From Candidatus Gottesmanbacteria bacterium (GTDB lineage Bacteria; Patescibacteriota; Microgenomatia; 2-02-FULL-39-11), in the NCBI GenBank assembly GCA_016186795.1, contig JACPKY010000002.1:26593-90592 (forward strand): a stretch of 64,000 nucleotides of DNA, in the 5' to 3' direction. The position numbers were made by a program, and so were the translations under genes. Within the stretch, counting starts at the first letter, position 1; each line of letters opens with the position of its first letter. The notes under the pieces were generated by a model. The model did not search any database and was not told the DNA's origin. It saw only the letters and a list, made by a program, of their open reading frames with translations. Of this stretch, positions 17,462-25,536 are shown in pieces.

Positions 17462-17821
17462 ATGTCAGCAACAAGAACAACAGGTGGCGCCGAGAGGAAT
17501 CGAGCTTTTGCTCGTCTAAAAGCCGCCGCGCGCGTCATGAGCTTAGGCATGAATCATATGCCGATTCCCTGCGACGATTGTGAGTTCCGTCGCTGGAAAC
17601 GCATGTTTCCGAGGATTGCCTACGCATCTCTTGACGAAGTGAGAAATGATTTGGTCCTTGTAGACGGGACACGGCGAGGGTTGCGTGATGGATTTAGGAC
17701 TTATGAAATCAAAAGTCCTCGTACGTCGCCGGCTAAGGGAATCACTCTCCACTCATGTCTGTCGCGTTTTATTTTTGGCAGACAACGGAATCAGCGACGG
17801 TTTTTGGCGCCACGGAGGTGA
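17462..17821 (+). CDS. Hypothetical basic protein (119 aa, CxxC)
   Basis: Promoter TTGACT-17-TATACT (17233-17261); SD AAGGAG. Confidence 0.5.
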   Translation: MSATRTTGGAERNRAFARLKAAARVMSLGMNHMPIPCDDCEFRRWKRMFPRIAYASLDEVRNDLVLVDGTRRGLRDGFRTYEIKSPRTSPAKGITLHSCLSRFIFGRQRNQRRFLAPRR

Positions 17822-17822
17822 G

Positions 17823-18011
17823 ATGCGCCGATCATTAAAAATAACCGTCAGCCCATTTCGCTCAACGGTGAAATCCAACGGCGCAGCACGGGTGCCCCGC
17901 AAAAAGCCTCGCCATTTTCGCTGGGCATGGTGGCAGGTATTGCGCGACCCAATGGCGCTTCTTGCGTTGAATCACCGGCGACGAATCCGGGTGCTCGCTA
18001 GGCGTTCATAA
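17823..18011 (+). CDS. Hypothetical Arg-rich protein (62 aa)
   Basis: SD GGAGGTG; starts 1 nt after the previous stop. Confidence 0.45.
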   Translation: MRRSLKITVSPFRSTVKSNGAARVPRKKPRHFRWAWWQVLRDPMALLALNHRRRIRVLARRS

Positions 18012-18106
18012 TAAAAAATATATCAGATTGGATTTACCGGAAATCCCCCTCCCTTTCGGTAAAAAGCCGATCTGATAATCTGTATTCTCAAGGAAGGAGA
18101 AATTTC

Positions 18107-18337
18107 ATGAACGGTACAGCACAACAAAGACTCAATCAGCTTGCACGCGCGATGAACACTCAACTCCAGAGTGGTTTCAAAGTCAAACTGGACAAAGAGT
18201 GGCTCGCGCGATACCGCGGACACCCCTACAGCGATCCGAAGGAAGTGGAAAGCGACTTCCGGGTGATCGGATGGAAAGGTACTAAGGTGCACGATCCGCA
18301 CAAATCTGGCTGGATGCAATTTACGCCAACAAGCTGA
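18107..18337 (+). CDS. Hypothetical protein (76 aa)
   Basis: SD AAGGAG; flanked by long hairpins at 18021-18077 and 18350-18426. Confidence 0.55.
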   Translation: MNGTAQQRLNQLARAMNTQLQSGFKVKLDKEWLARYRGHPYSDPKEVESDFRVIGWKGTKVHDPHKSGWMQFTPTS

Positions 18338-18818
18338 ACAACGCGTTTCATAGAGGGTAGCGTGCGACGCGATTAGAATGACTGTTTATTCAGTCAAACC
18401 AATCCCGTTGTCATGCTACTCTCTATAATTTCAATTTTCTTCCACTTACCATTCTTTTTTAACTTCTATGTTATTCTTATCCCCATTTGATCACCTTATT
18501 ATTCAAGAATCAATTCCATCGTTTTGACTCTTTATAGGTCCTATGGTAGCATCGCCCCAAGTTGGAAAAAGCATTCGCGTTTTTTCCAAACGCACATTAA
18601 CCACGCCACATCTTAGCACTCGCCTTACCTACTATTCGTAGCGCGGCTCGTGCTGCGTTTGTTGGCGGGTCTGCATCGCAAATGCAATGCATTTGCTCTT
18701 TGACATGTGAGAGAAAATTCTCCTTTCAAGGAGCAAGAACGATAGATTGATGATTCGTCGTCACTCTTTCGTTCTTGCTCTACCGGCCGAAAAAGTGTAT
18801 TCAAGAGAGGAGGCAACC

Positions 18819-19157
18819 ATGGCCCGTTCCAAAAGCAAAAATGTTCGGACGGTCCGATCCTACATTCCAGTTGCAAAGGGCAACTGGGTTCAGGTTTGGA
18901 TGTTAGAAAAAGGGGACTACGTTGTCCAGCGAGCTGATGAATTTCAGTCGCGCCGCTTGGGCATGAAAATCCTCTTTGCGGGTGGAAAAATCCAGTGTTC
19001 GAAAGGAAGGGTTATTTCCAAAGATCAAAGAAAGGGCATGGATCGCCCGCAGCTTTTGAGACCCGAAGACTGGGTTTTCAAAGTTCCGTTTAAGGACATG
19101 GCAGTTCATCCTGCCATGTACAATTACCCACCTTCGGGCGCGTTTTCGACTTCATAA
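18819..19157 (+). CDS. Hypothetical protein (112 aa)
   Basis: Promoter TTGACT-17-TAGCAT (18524-18552); SD GAGGAGG before ATG 18819. Confidence 0.55.
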   Translation: MARSKSKNVRTVRSYIPVAKGNWVQVWMLEKGDYVVQRADEFQSRRLGMKILFAGGKIQCSKGRVISKDQRKGMDRPQLLRPEDWVFKVPFKDMAVHPAMYNYPPSGAFSTS

Positions 19158-19169
19158 GGAGGCGACGAT

Positions 19170-19397
19170 ATGGATCCGAATCTAAAGAAACTTCTCGAGG
19201 TGGCGAATCAGACGCCAAACCAGCTCGAGTTCCCAACGGGAGCGGAGTTCGCTTATTGGCTTGCCGGTTTGGACAATACACGCTTCCTCACAAGTGCCAA
19301 CCTTCGTGCGGCCTTAGAAAGATCCGGTTGGGTACAAAACCCAAATCCCAAACCTGGGTTTGAGCAATGGCATGCTCCTTTTTCAATGGCACGCTGA
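19170..19397 (+). CDS. Hypothetical protein (75 aa)
   Basis: SD TAAGGAGG; hairpin 19428-19475 downstream. Confidence 0.6.
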   Translation: MDPNLKKLLEVANQTPNQLEFPTGAEFAYWLAGLDNTRFLTSANLRAALERSGWVQNPNPKPGFEQWHAPFSMAR

Positions 19398-19539
19398 TTC
19401 TCAGCTTCTCTCACGATCAACAACCATTGGGGGCGACTACTGTCGCACGCTCTTCGCGCACACTAGTTGTCCCCATATAATTCTAAAGTTGAGTATTGCT
19501 TGCTAATCAAATGATTACTTGATATTCTTAAGTATTATT

Positions 19540-19707
19540 ATGAACCTCAGCGGATATACCTCGATGACGACAAATGGACGGGTAGTTATTCCAAAATCAA
19601 TTCGAAAATATTTCAATCTAAAAGCGTCTTCTAAGCTTTATTTTGAAGTAAATAAAAATAACGAAATAGAAATTACTCCAGTTTCTACTAAAATATTGCA
19701 TAAATAG
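19540..19707 (+). CDS. AbrB/MazE/SpoVT-family DNA-binding protein (orphan)
   Basis: TSMTTNGRVVIPKSIRKYFNL motif. Confidence 0.8.
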   Translation: MNLSGYTSMTTNGRVVIPKSIRKYFNLKASSKLYFEVNKNNEIEITPVSTKILHK

Positions 19708-19734
19708 AGTTTTCTATTATTCCTGTATAGTTTT

Positions 19735-20298
19735 ATGGATCAAGAAATTTTAGCCCAGACGAAACAGAAAATGCTCAAGGCGATTGAAGTTCTCAAGGAA
19801 GATTTGGGGACAATACGGACTGGCCGGGCAACTCCAGCGTTAGTTGAAAATGTTGTCATCACTTCCTACGGCGGGACGCAGCATCTGAAAATGAAGGAAA
19901 TGGCAACAATCACCACCGATGGCCCAAGAATGATTGTGATTTCCCCATTTGATCCTTCCATCATCCAAGATATTGAAAGAGGTATCAACGTAGCAAACCT
20001 TGGATTTTCTGCTGCTGTTGATGGAACCATTCTCCGTATTAGTATTCCACCGCTCACTGCAGAACGAAGGGCTGAGTTTGTCAAGCTTGCCCATGTGAAA
20101 GTGGAGGGGGGTCGGGTTATGGTTCGCCAAGTTCGTCACGAAATCATGGCAGATATTAAACGCAAATTTGATGCCAAAGAGATAAGCGAGGATGATAAAA
20201 AACGATTTGAAAAAGAAGTGCAAACAATTACCGACGAGATGATAGCGGAAATTGATGTTTTGCGGCAGCACAAGGAAACAGAACTAAGTGAGATCTAA
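19735..20298 (+). CDS. frr: Ribosome recycling factor
   Basis: IRTGRATP and IPPLTAERR motifs. Confidence 0.97.
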   Translation: MDQEILAQTKQKMLKAIEVLKEDLGTIRTGRATPALVENVVITSYGGTQHLKMKEMATITTDGPRMIVISPFDPSIIQDIERGINVANLGFSAAVDGTILRISIPPLTAERRAEFVKLAHVKVEGGRVMVRQVRHEIMADIKRKFDAKEISEDDKKRFEKEVQTITDEMIAEIDVLRQHKETELSEI

Positions 20299-20314
20299 AG
20301 CGAATTTAATTCAA

Positions 20315-20436
20315 GTCATTTCGAACGAAGTGAGAAATCTAGTCCCGATGTAATCGGGACGCATATGCATATAATTATTACGCTTTGCTAGATTTCTCAG
20401 TCGTCCCGACTGGCATCAAGACTCCTTCGAAATGAC
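20315..20436. repeat. Composite inverted REP-like element with nested GTCCCGA palindromes
   Basis: GTCATTTCGAACGAAGTGAGAAATCT ... AGATTTCTC...TTCGAAATGAC arms with an internal GTCCCGATGTAATCGGGAC; lies between convergent genes. Confidence 0.75.
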
Positions 20437-20444
20437 ACATGAAT

Positions 20445-22094
20445 TTATTTGTTTTCCCTCTCAATAATTTTTTTCAATATTGCAAGACTAATAGCGTACG
20501 TTGGTTCCACTCCTTCATAGGATAAATTCCGGACTCCCAAATTTTTTGCTTTCGAGTAGGGTGTATCGGATGCATAGTGGGCAATGCCAATCTCAAACGG
20601 TGCATTGGTGAGACTGATAAAATCATTTTCAGCGTACCGATTGTAGAACACAAATTCATACAAAGCGTTGAAGTACGGCCCTGTTTCCATCTCGATGATC
20701 GTATACCCTTCCTGGTACCATTTCTTCACAAGATCCCCATTTTCCAAAAATGTCCCCTTGGCAGCAATTGTTTTTTGATCAGAAAGTACTGCGCCGGTTT
20801 TAAAAATTGTTTCAAAATCAGACGCACGGAGAGAATTATCAAAAACGTACAAATTCTTCGTATGCTGGTCAAAGACAGTTGTTGGAAGCAAGATATCTCC
20901 GATTTGCCCATTTAACGTTGCCGCTTTCCCCATGATGTAGACCCCTTTTATTCGTGCCACATTTTGTCCGATTTCAGTCAGTATTTGGTACGCTGCCCAG
21001 CCTAAGGGATAGTCGATATTCACAATTACCGCATCACTTTTTCCCAAGTTTTTCGTGTCAAGTTTCAATCTGGGATCAAGGGAAAGTCCTGCCAGTTTTT
21101 TTACTTCTATCACCTGGGTATCGATATCAAGATAGTGCGAAGAGGGAATGACATGAATTCCAAGTTTAGTCATAAGATGAGTTCTCCTCTTTTCGTATTC
21201 CGGGTGGGTTTTCCCGTATTTTTTGGCAATGTAGTAGAGGAAATTTTCCCGGTTTGCCAAGAAATCTCCCGAGTTTATCTCTCTCCAAAGCCGGAGCAAA
21301 GTCTGGTCGTGGGTTTTATAAAGATACTCAATCAAAAGTTTCTCATCGGCAAGAACATGTCTCAAAAGAAGGTTGACAAGGGAATGAGTATTACTGGAAA
21401 CAAAATAAAGTGGACGACTGAGGAAATTTAGATATTTAAGTTGATTTTCTATATGGTCCCACCACCGTTGTGTTGCCTTGGCGTATTCAACATACGATCC
21501 GGAAAGAAGTTGGACGGTAAACGAAACTTCCCTATACTTTATTGCCTGGAGGAATTTTGGGTACTCCTTCCCCCAAATTTTTTGCATTTTGGAGATATCA
21601 TCCTGGGATAAATGCTTTTTGGCTTCACTTTCGGTATCTTTGGCGTGACGAAGTTTCTCGTGGAATTTATTCCATTCGATCTGAAACGATGTCAGAAGTG
21701 TAATAAGATCGTCAACGTCGGTGACTGAGGCGATATAGACATAGAGTATCTCTTTCCCGTCAAAGTACATTTTCCGCCGCCGTCCGGGAGCCTCAACTTC
21801 TTTCAATTGGGAAAATTTAATAACGTTATGCTTTTTAAATACATCAAGGGATTGTCCGAGGATCACTTTTTTGACATTGGACATAACCTGCGGCAACCTT
21901 AAGAGTCCATAAATGAATGCGGAAGTATCGATAGTATCGGTACCTCCTTTTTCATGAAGGAGCGGTTTTGCCGCAATATGGGCATCAATCAGTTGGGCAA
22001 TATTGACTGTTCCAGACGATTTGAGAAGGGAGCGATATGTCCTTATGTAAATTTCTATCTCTGTTGTATTGAATGTTGTTTTTCCTTGGTGCAT
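20445..22094 (-). CDS. DUF6909-like protein with a nucleoside-phosphorylase-like C-terminal fold
   Basis: FVSSNTHSLVN, IDYPLG, GVYIMGKAATLNG.GD and IIEMETGP motifs; likely start MHQGKT. Confidence 0.7.
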   Translation of the reverse strand: MHQGKTTFNTTEIEIYIRTYRSLLKSSGTVNIAQLIDAHIAAKPLLHEKGGTDTIDTSAFIYGLLRLPQVMSNVKKVILGQSLDVFKKHNVIKFSQLKEVEAPGRRRKMYFDGKEILYVYIASVTDVDDLITLLTSFQIEWNKFHEKLRHAKDTESEAKKHLSQDDISKMQKIWGKEYPKFLQAIKYREVSFTVQLLSGSYVEYAKATQRWWDHIENQLKYLNFLSRPLYFVSSNTHSLVNLLLRHVLADEKLLIEYLYKTHDQTLLRLWREINSGDFLANRENFLYYIAKKYGKTHPEYEKRRTHLMTKLGIHVIPSSHYLDIDTQVIEVKKLAGLSLDPRLKLDTKNLGKSDAVIVNIDYPLGWAAYQILTEIGQNVARIKGVYIMGKAATLNGQIGDILLPTTVFDQHTKNLYVFDNSLRASDFETIFKTGAVLSDQKTIAAKGTFLENGDLVKKWYQEGYTIIEMETGPYFNALYEFVFYNRYAENDFISLTNAPFEIGIAHYASDTPYSKAKNLGVRNLSYEGVEPTYAISLAILKKIIERENK

Positions 22095-22163
22095 TGTCTG
22101 GTGTATTATATTCCATCTTTCCCTTGAATTACAGTGAAACGGACGGTACAATGGTGAGACTCT

Positions 22164-23297
22164 ATGATTCTTTCAGGTATAGTTTTTTTCATCATTCTTT
22201 CTATTTTGGTTCTTGTTCACGAATTTGGCCATTTTGTCGTCGCACGTATTTCCGGAGTGAAAGTTGAGGAGTTTGCACTTGGCCTTCCTTTTACTCGGGC
22301 TCTGTGGAAAAGGCGTCAGAAGGATGGCATGTATGTATCGCTGTATCCGGTTCTTTTTGGCGGATTTGTAAGACTTTTGGGTGAAGAAGGCCCAGAAAAA
22401 CGCGATGACCCCAAGAGTTTTGCTCATAAAAAACCTTGGGTGAGAGCAGCAATTTTAGTTGCAGGGGTATCAATGAATTTTCTCCTTGCGATTTTCTCTC
22501 TCTATCTTTTTTTCCTCCTTACCGGATTTAAAGCGTTCATCCCGGATTTTGCCAACTATACGTTTCACAACGCAGATCAAACTCGAAGAGTCATTGTCAT
22601 TGATGTTGCTGGTGATTCTCCTGCATCCCAAGCAAGTCTTCGCCAAGGGGATATTATTGTTGCAGTCGATAGTATTGATATCCAAAGTAGTGACCAGTTT
22701 CGCCAAGTAATTAAGGAAAAAGCAGGAAGTCCGGTTGAGTTAACGCTCTATCACCAGGTAGCACTGCGTCCATTTTCCAAAATGATAACTCCCAGGGAAA
22801 ATCCTCCCGAAGGTCAAGGAGCATTGGGTGTGGCGATAGGGAATGTTTATGAAGTTTCTTACAATTCATTCTCTCAAAAGCTTTTTTCAGGAGTGACTGC
22901 AGCTATTGACTGGTCTGGGTACACGGGAGTGATCCTTGGTACTTTGTTTCAAATATCTCTCAAAGAACACGATGCTGCGCCTGTTGTTTCCAACCTTTCC
23001 GGCCCTGTAGAAATATTTTCTACCGTTGATAGTCTTATTAAAATTGGGGGAGGAGAGTCTGTACTTCTCATTATCCAACTTCTCGCCATTATGTCTCTGA
23101 ACCTTGCGATTTTGAATGTGTTGCCATTTCCAGCTCTTGATGGCGGGAGACTTGTCTTTGTTATTATCGAGGGCGTAACGGGGAAGAGGTTAAAAGCCCA
23201 GTGGGAACAGTATATCCATCAGGTTGGTATGGCGCTTCTTCTTGCCCTGATGGTTTTGGTTTCCTTCAAAGATATCTGGAGAATATTTACGAAATAA
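22164..23297 (+). CDS. rseP: Site-2 (M50) intramembrane metalloprotease with PDZ domain
   Basis: HEFGH, PDZ (SPASQASLRQGD), NVLPFPALDGG. Confidence 0.95.
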   Translation: MILSGIVFFIILSILVLVHEFGHFVVARISGVKVEEFALGLPFTRALWKRRQKDGMYVSLYPVLFGGFVRLLGEEGPEKRDDPKSFAHKKPWVRAAILVAGVSMNFLLAIFSLYLFFLLTGFKAFIPDFANYTFHNADQTRRVIVIDVAGDSPASQASLRQGDIIVAVDSIDIQSSDQFRQVIKEKAGSPVELTLYHQVALRPFSKMITPRENPPEGQGALGVAIGNVYEVSYNSFSQKLFSGVTAAIDWSGYTGVILGTLFQISLKEHDAAPVVSNLSGPVEIFSTVDSLIKIGGGESVLLIIQLLAIMSLNLAILNVLPFPALDGGRLVFVIIEGVTGKRLKAQWEQYIHQVGMALLLALMVLVSFKDIWRIFTK

Positions 23298-23307
23298 CGA
23301 AGATTCT

Positions 23308-23337
23308 TTGACATTGTCTTTCCATATTTGCTATACT
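23308..23337 (+). promoter_or_regulatory. Sigma70 promoter of the T-box/pro operon
   Basis: TTGACA 23308-23313; TG-c-TATACT 23329-23337. Confidence 0.75.
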
Positions 23338-23343
23338 ACCAGC

Positions 23344-23593
23344 AAAGTTACAAAAGCGTTTTAGTTTGGTTTCCCGCCAAACGATACTTCGGCAAGCTCA
23401 GTATACGCTGCATACGATGAGTATGACGGAAGAATAACCGTACAAATAGTTTCAAGTGTGTCATCCGCCAGCTGGCGGACGGAGCACTCACATAAGGTCC
23501 CGATAAAATCGGGATAAAACAAGGTGGTACCATGGTTCGGCTACGCTCACCACAAGCGGCGTAGACAACCGTCCTTGATAGGGACGGTTTTTT
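23344..23593 (+). ncRNA. T-box riboswitch (Pro-specific, transcriptional) with ultra-short Stem I
   Basis: T-box AAGG-TGGTACC 23521-23531; partner CGTCCTT 23570-23576; terminator AACCGTCCT/AGGGACGGTT + T-run; CCC-G in the Stem I loop; directly upstream of proB. Confidence 0.8.
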
Positions 23594-23662
23594 AGTGGCT
23601 GTTAATGAGTGAAACGAATTTTACATCCACTTATAGTGAGGAGCATAGCGACGAATCTATTT

Positions 23663-24292
23663 ATGGAAAAAAGAAAAATTCTTATCATCAAAATCGGCAG
23701 TTCTACCTTACTTACTCACAGGCTTTGTGTCGATGAGTATCGTATGAACCACATTGCTAAGCAAATAAAAATGATCCAAGATAGGGGATGGTCGGTTCTT
23801 CTTATTCTTTCTGGTGCTGTTGCCGTTGGCTCTCGATATATTGATATACCAACTGTTCGCAGTATTGGGAAAATGGCTGCAGCAGGTATTGGACAGGTGG
23901 AAATTCTTACAACTACAAAGTGTATTTTCCAATCGTTTGGCATGCGTATCGCTCAAGTACTTCTTACGAAGGACAATACTAATACAGAGAGGAAAAAGGA
24001 TATGTTGAAAACAGTAATTTCTCTTTATATTCAGAAAAAAATAATCCCGGTATTCAATGAGAATGACGTTTTAGATCTCTATAGTTTTGGAGGGAACGAC
24101 TACCTCGCCCAGTTTCTTGCAAAACTAGTTGGTGTTTCACGGGTTAGTATTCTTTCTTCATTGAAGACAAATGGATTTGGAGTTGGGGGTGGAGTATCAA
24201 AGCGGGAAATAGTTTCTGATCTTCAAAAAATGGCCATACCAACATTTCTTCTTAACGGGAAAAAGAAGGATTGCCTTCTGGAGGTTGTATGA
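23663..24292 (+). CDS. proB: Glutamate 5-kinase (short, no PUA domain, apparent internal deletion)
   Basis: IIKIGSSTL, LSGAVAVG, AAAGIGQ, IPVFNEND, FGGND; first gene of proBAC. Confidence 0.85.
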   Translation: MEKRKILIIKIGSSTLLTHRLCVDEYRMNHIAKQIKMIQDRGWSVLLILSGAVAVGSRYIDIPTVRSIGKMAAAGIGQVEILTTTKCIFQSFGMRIAQVLLTKDNTNTERKKDMLKTVISLYIQKKIIPVFNENDVLDLYSFGGNDYLAQFLAKLVGVSRVSILSSLKTNGFGVGGGVSKREIVSDLQKMAIPTFLLNGKKKDCLLEVV

Positions 24293-25530
24293 ATATACAC
24301 AACTTACAAAAGATGTGTCAGGCACAGCAAATTCTCAGTACTGAAGGTAAGAGGAGAAAAGATTTATTTTGCGAAAGTTTAGCACGAAATATTTCGAAAA
24401 AGAAAGCATCCATAATATCTGCAAATGTTCGCGATTGGAAGAAAGCTATGAAGAAAAAATATGATTCGGCATTTTTAGATAGACTTCGACTTGATGAAGA
24501 AAAGGTTGATGCAATAGTCCAAAGGATATATACCGTAAAGGGACTAAATGCAGGCATTGGCAGTTGCATAGAAAGAGTGCTACTCCCAAACGGTGTTACC
24601 CTAAAAAGGATTCGCGTGCCTCTTGGAGTCCTTTTATTTATTTATGAGTCCAGACCGGAAGTGACCATAGATGTTGTAACTCTTGCGATCGGTTCTGGGA
24701 ATGCATGTATTTTAAAAGCGGGGAGTGAATCATGGTACACATCAACACTTCTTATAGACTTTGTGAAAAGAGCACTTTTCACGGCAGGCTTACCCCAGGA
24801 GGCAGTGTATTTTATAAAGTCAAAGAGTCGAAGGTCTCTCTATACCCTCCTTACGAAGACGAACTTCATTGACGTTGTCATTGCCCGTGGCGGATATGCT
24901 ATGGTACAAAATATACTCAAAAGATCTCGGATTCCTGTTTTGTGTCACAGCGAGGGAGGGGCACGGATTTATATTGATAGGACAGGAAATCTAGAAATGG
25001 CCAAAAAAATAGTACTCAATGCAAAAACAAGTAACCCCTCAGCATGTAATAGTTTGGATACAATTCTTGTTCATGAGGAAATTTCCCAAAAATTCCTTCC
25101 AGAGTTAGTACACCTTCTCATTGGCAACAATATCACGATTTACGGAGATAAAACTGCCCAAAAAATTTCAAAAGAAATTCTTCCAGCAACCCCAAAAACG
25201 TGGGAGGAGGAATTTTTATCTCTGGCCGTTTCTATAAAAGTAGTCAGAGGCGTTTCAGAGGCGTTACAGTTTATCTCCCGGTATACCAATCATCATAGTG
25301 AGGGAATTATTGCGAAGGATAAAAAAGTCATCGACATATTCACTAAATCAATTGATGCTGCAGCCCTTTTTATCAATTGTTCACCGAGGCTCCATGACGG
25401 CTTCGTTTTTGGAAAAGGAGCAGAGGTTGGTATTGCTACAGGAAAGCTCCATGCACGCGGTCCATTGGGACTGACAGATCTCACAACCTATAAATGGGTA
25501 GCTTACGGGAATGGGCAAATACGGGAGTAA
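24289..25530 (+). CDS. proA: Gamma-glutamyl phosphate reductase
   Basis: RVPLGV, IYESRPEVT, PSACNSLD, KLHARGPLGL motifs. Confidence 0.96.
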   Translation: MNIHNLQKMCQAQQILSTEGKRRKDLFCESLARNISKKKASIISANVRDWKKAMKKKYDSAFLDRLRLDEEKVDAIVQRIYTVKGLNAGIGSCIERVLLPNGVTLKRIRVPLGVLLFIYESRPEVTIDVVTLAIGSGNACILKAGSESWYTSTLLIDFVKRALFTAGLPQEAVYFIKSKSRRSLYTLLTKTNFIDVVIARGGYAMVQNILKRSRIPVLCHSEGGARIYIDRTGNLEMAKKIVLNAKTSNPSACNSLDTILVHEEISQKFLPELVHLLIGNNITIYGDKTAQKISKEILPATPKTWEEEFLSLAVSIKVVRGVSEALQFISRYTNHHSEGIIAKDKKVIDIFTKSIDAAALFINCSPRLHDGFVFGKGAEVGIATGKLHARGPLGLTDLTTYKWVAYGNGQIRE

Positions 25531-25536
25531 TCGAAT

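Noticed and set aside
17055-17519. 154-aa plus-strand ORF
   Set aside because: It spans a hairpin, a REP-like repeat, a promoter and the structured leader; no SD or protein-like features.
933-19475. Integron attC cassette array as the explanation for the 3' hairpins
   Set aside because: Stems lack RYYYAAC/GTTRRRY ends, units lie on both strands and appear to have their own promoters, and no intI is in the window.
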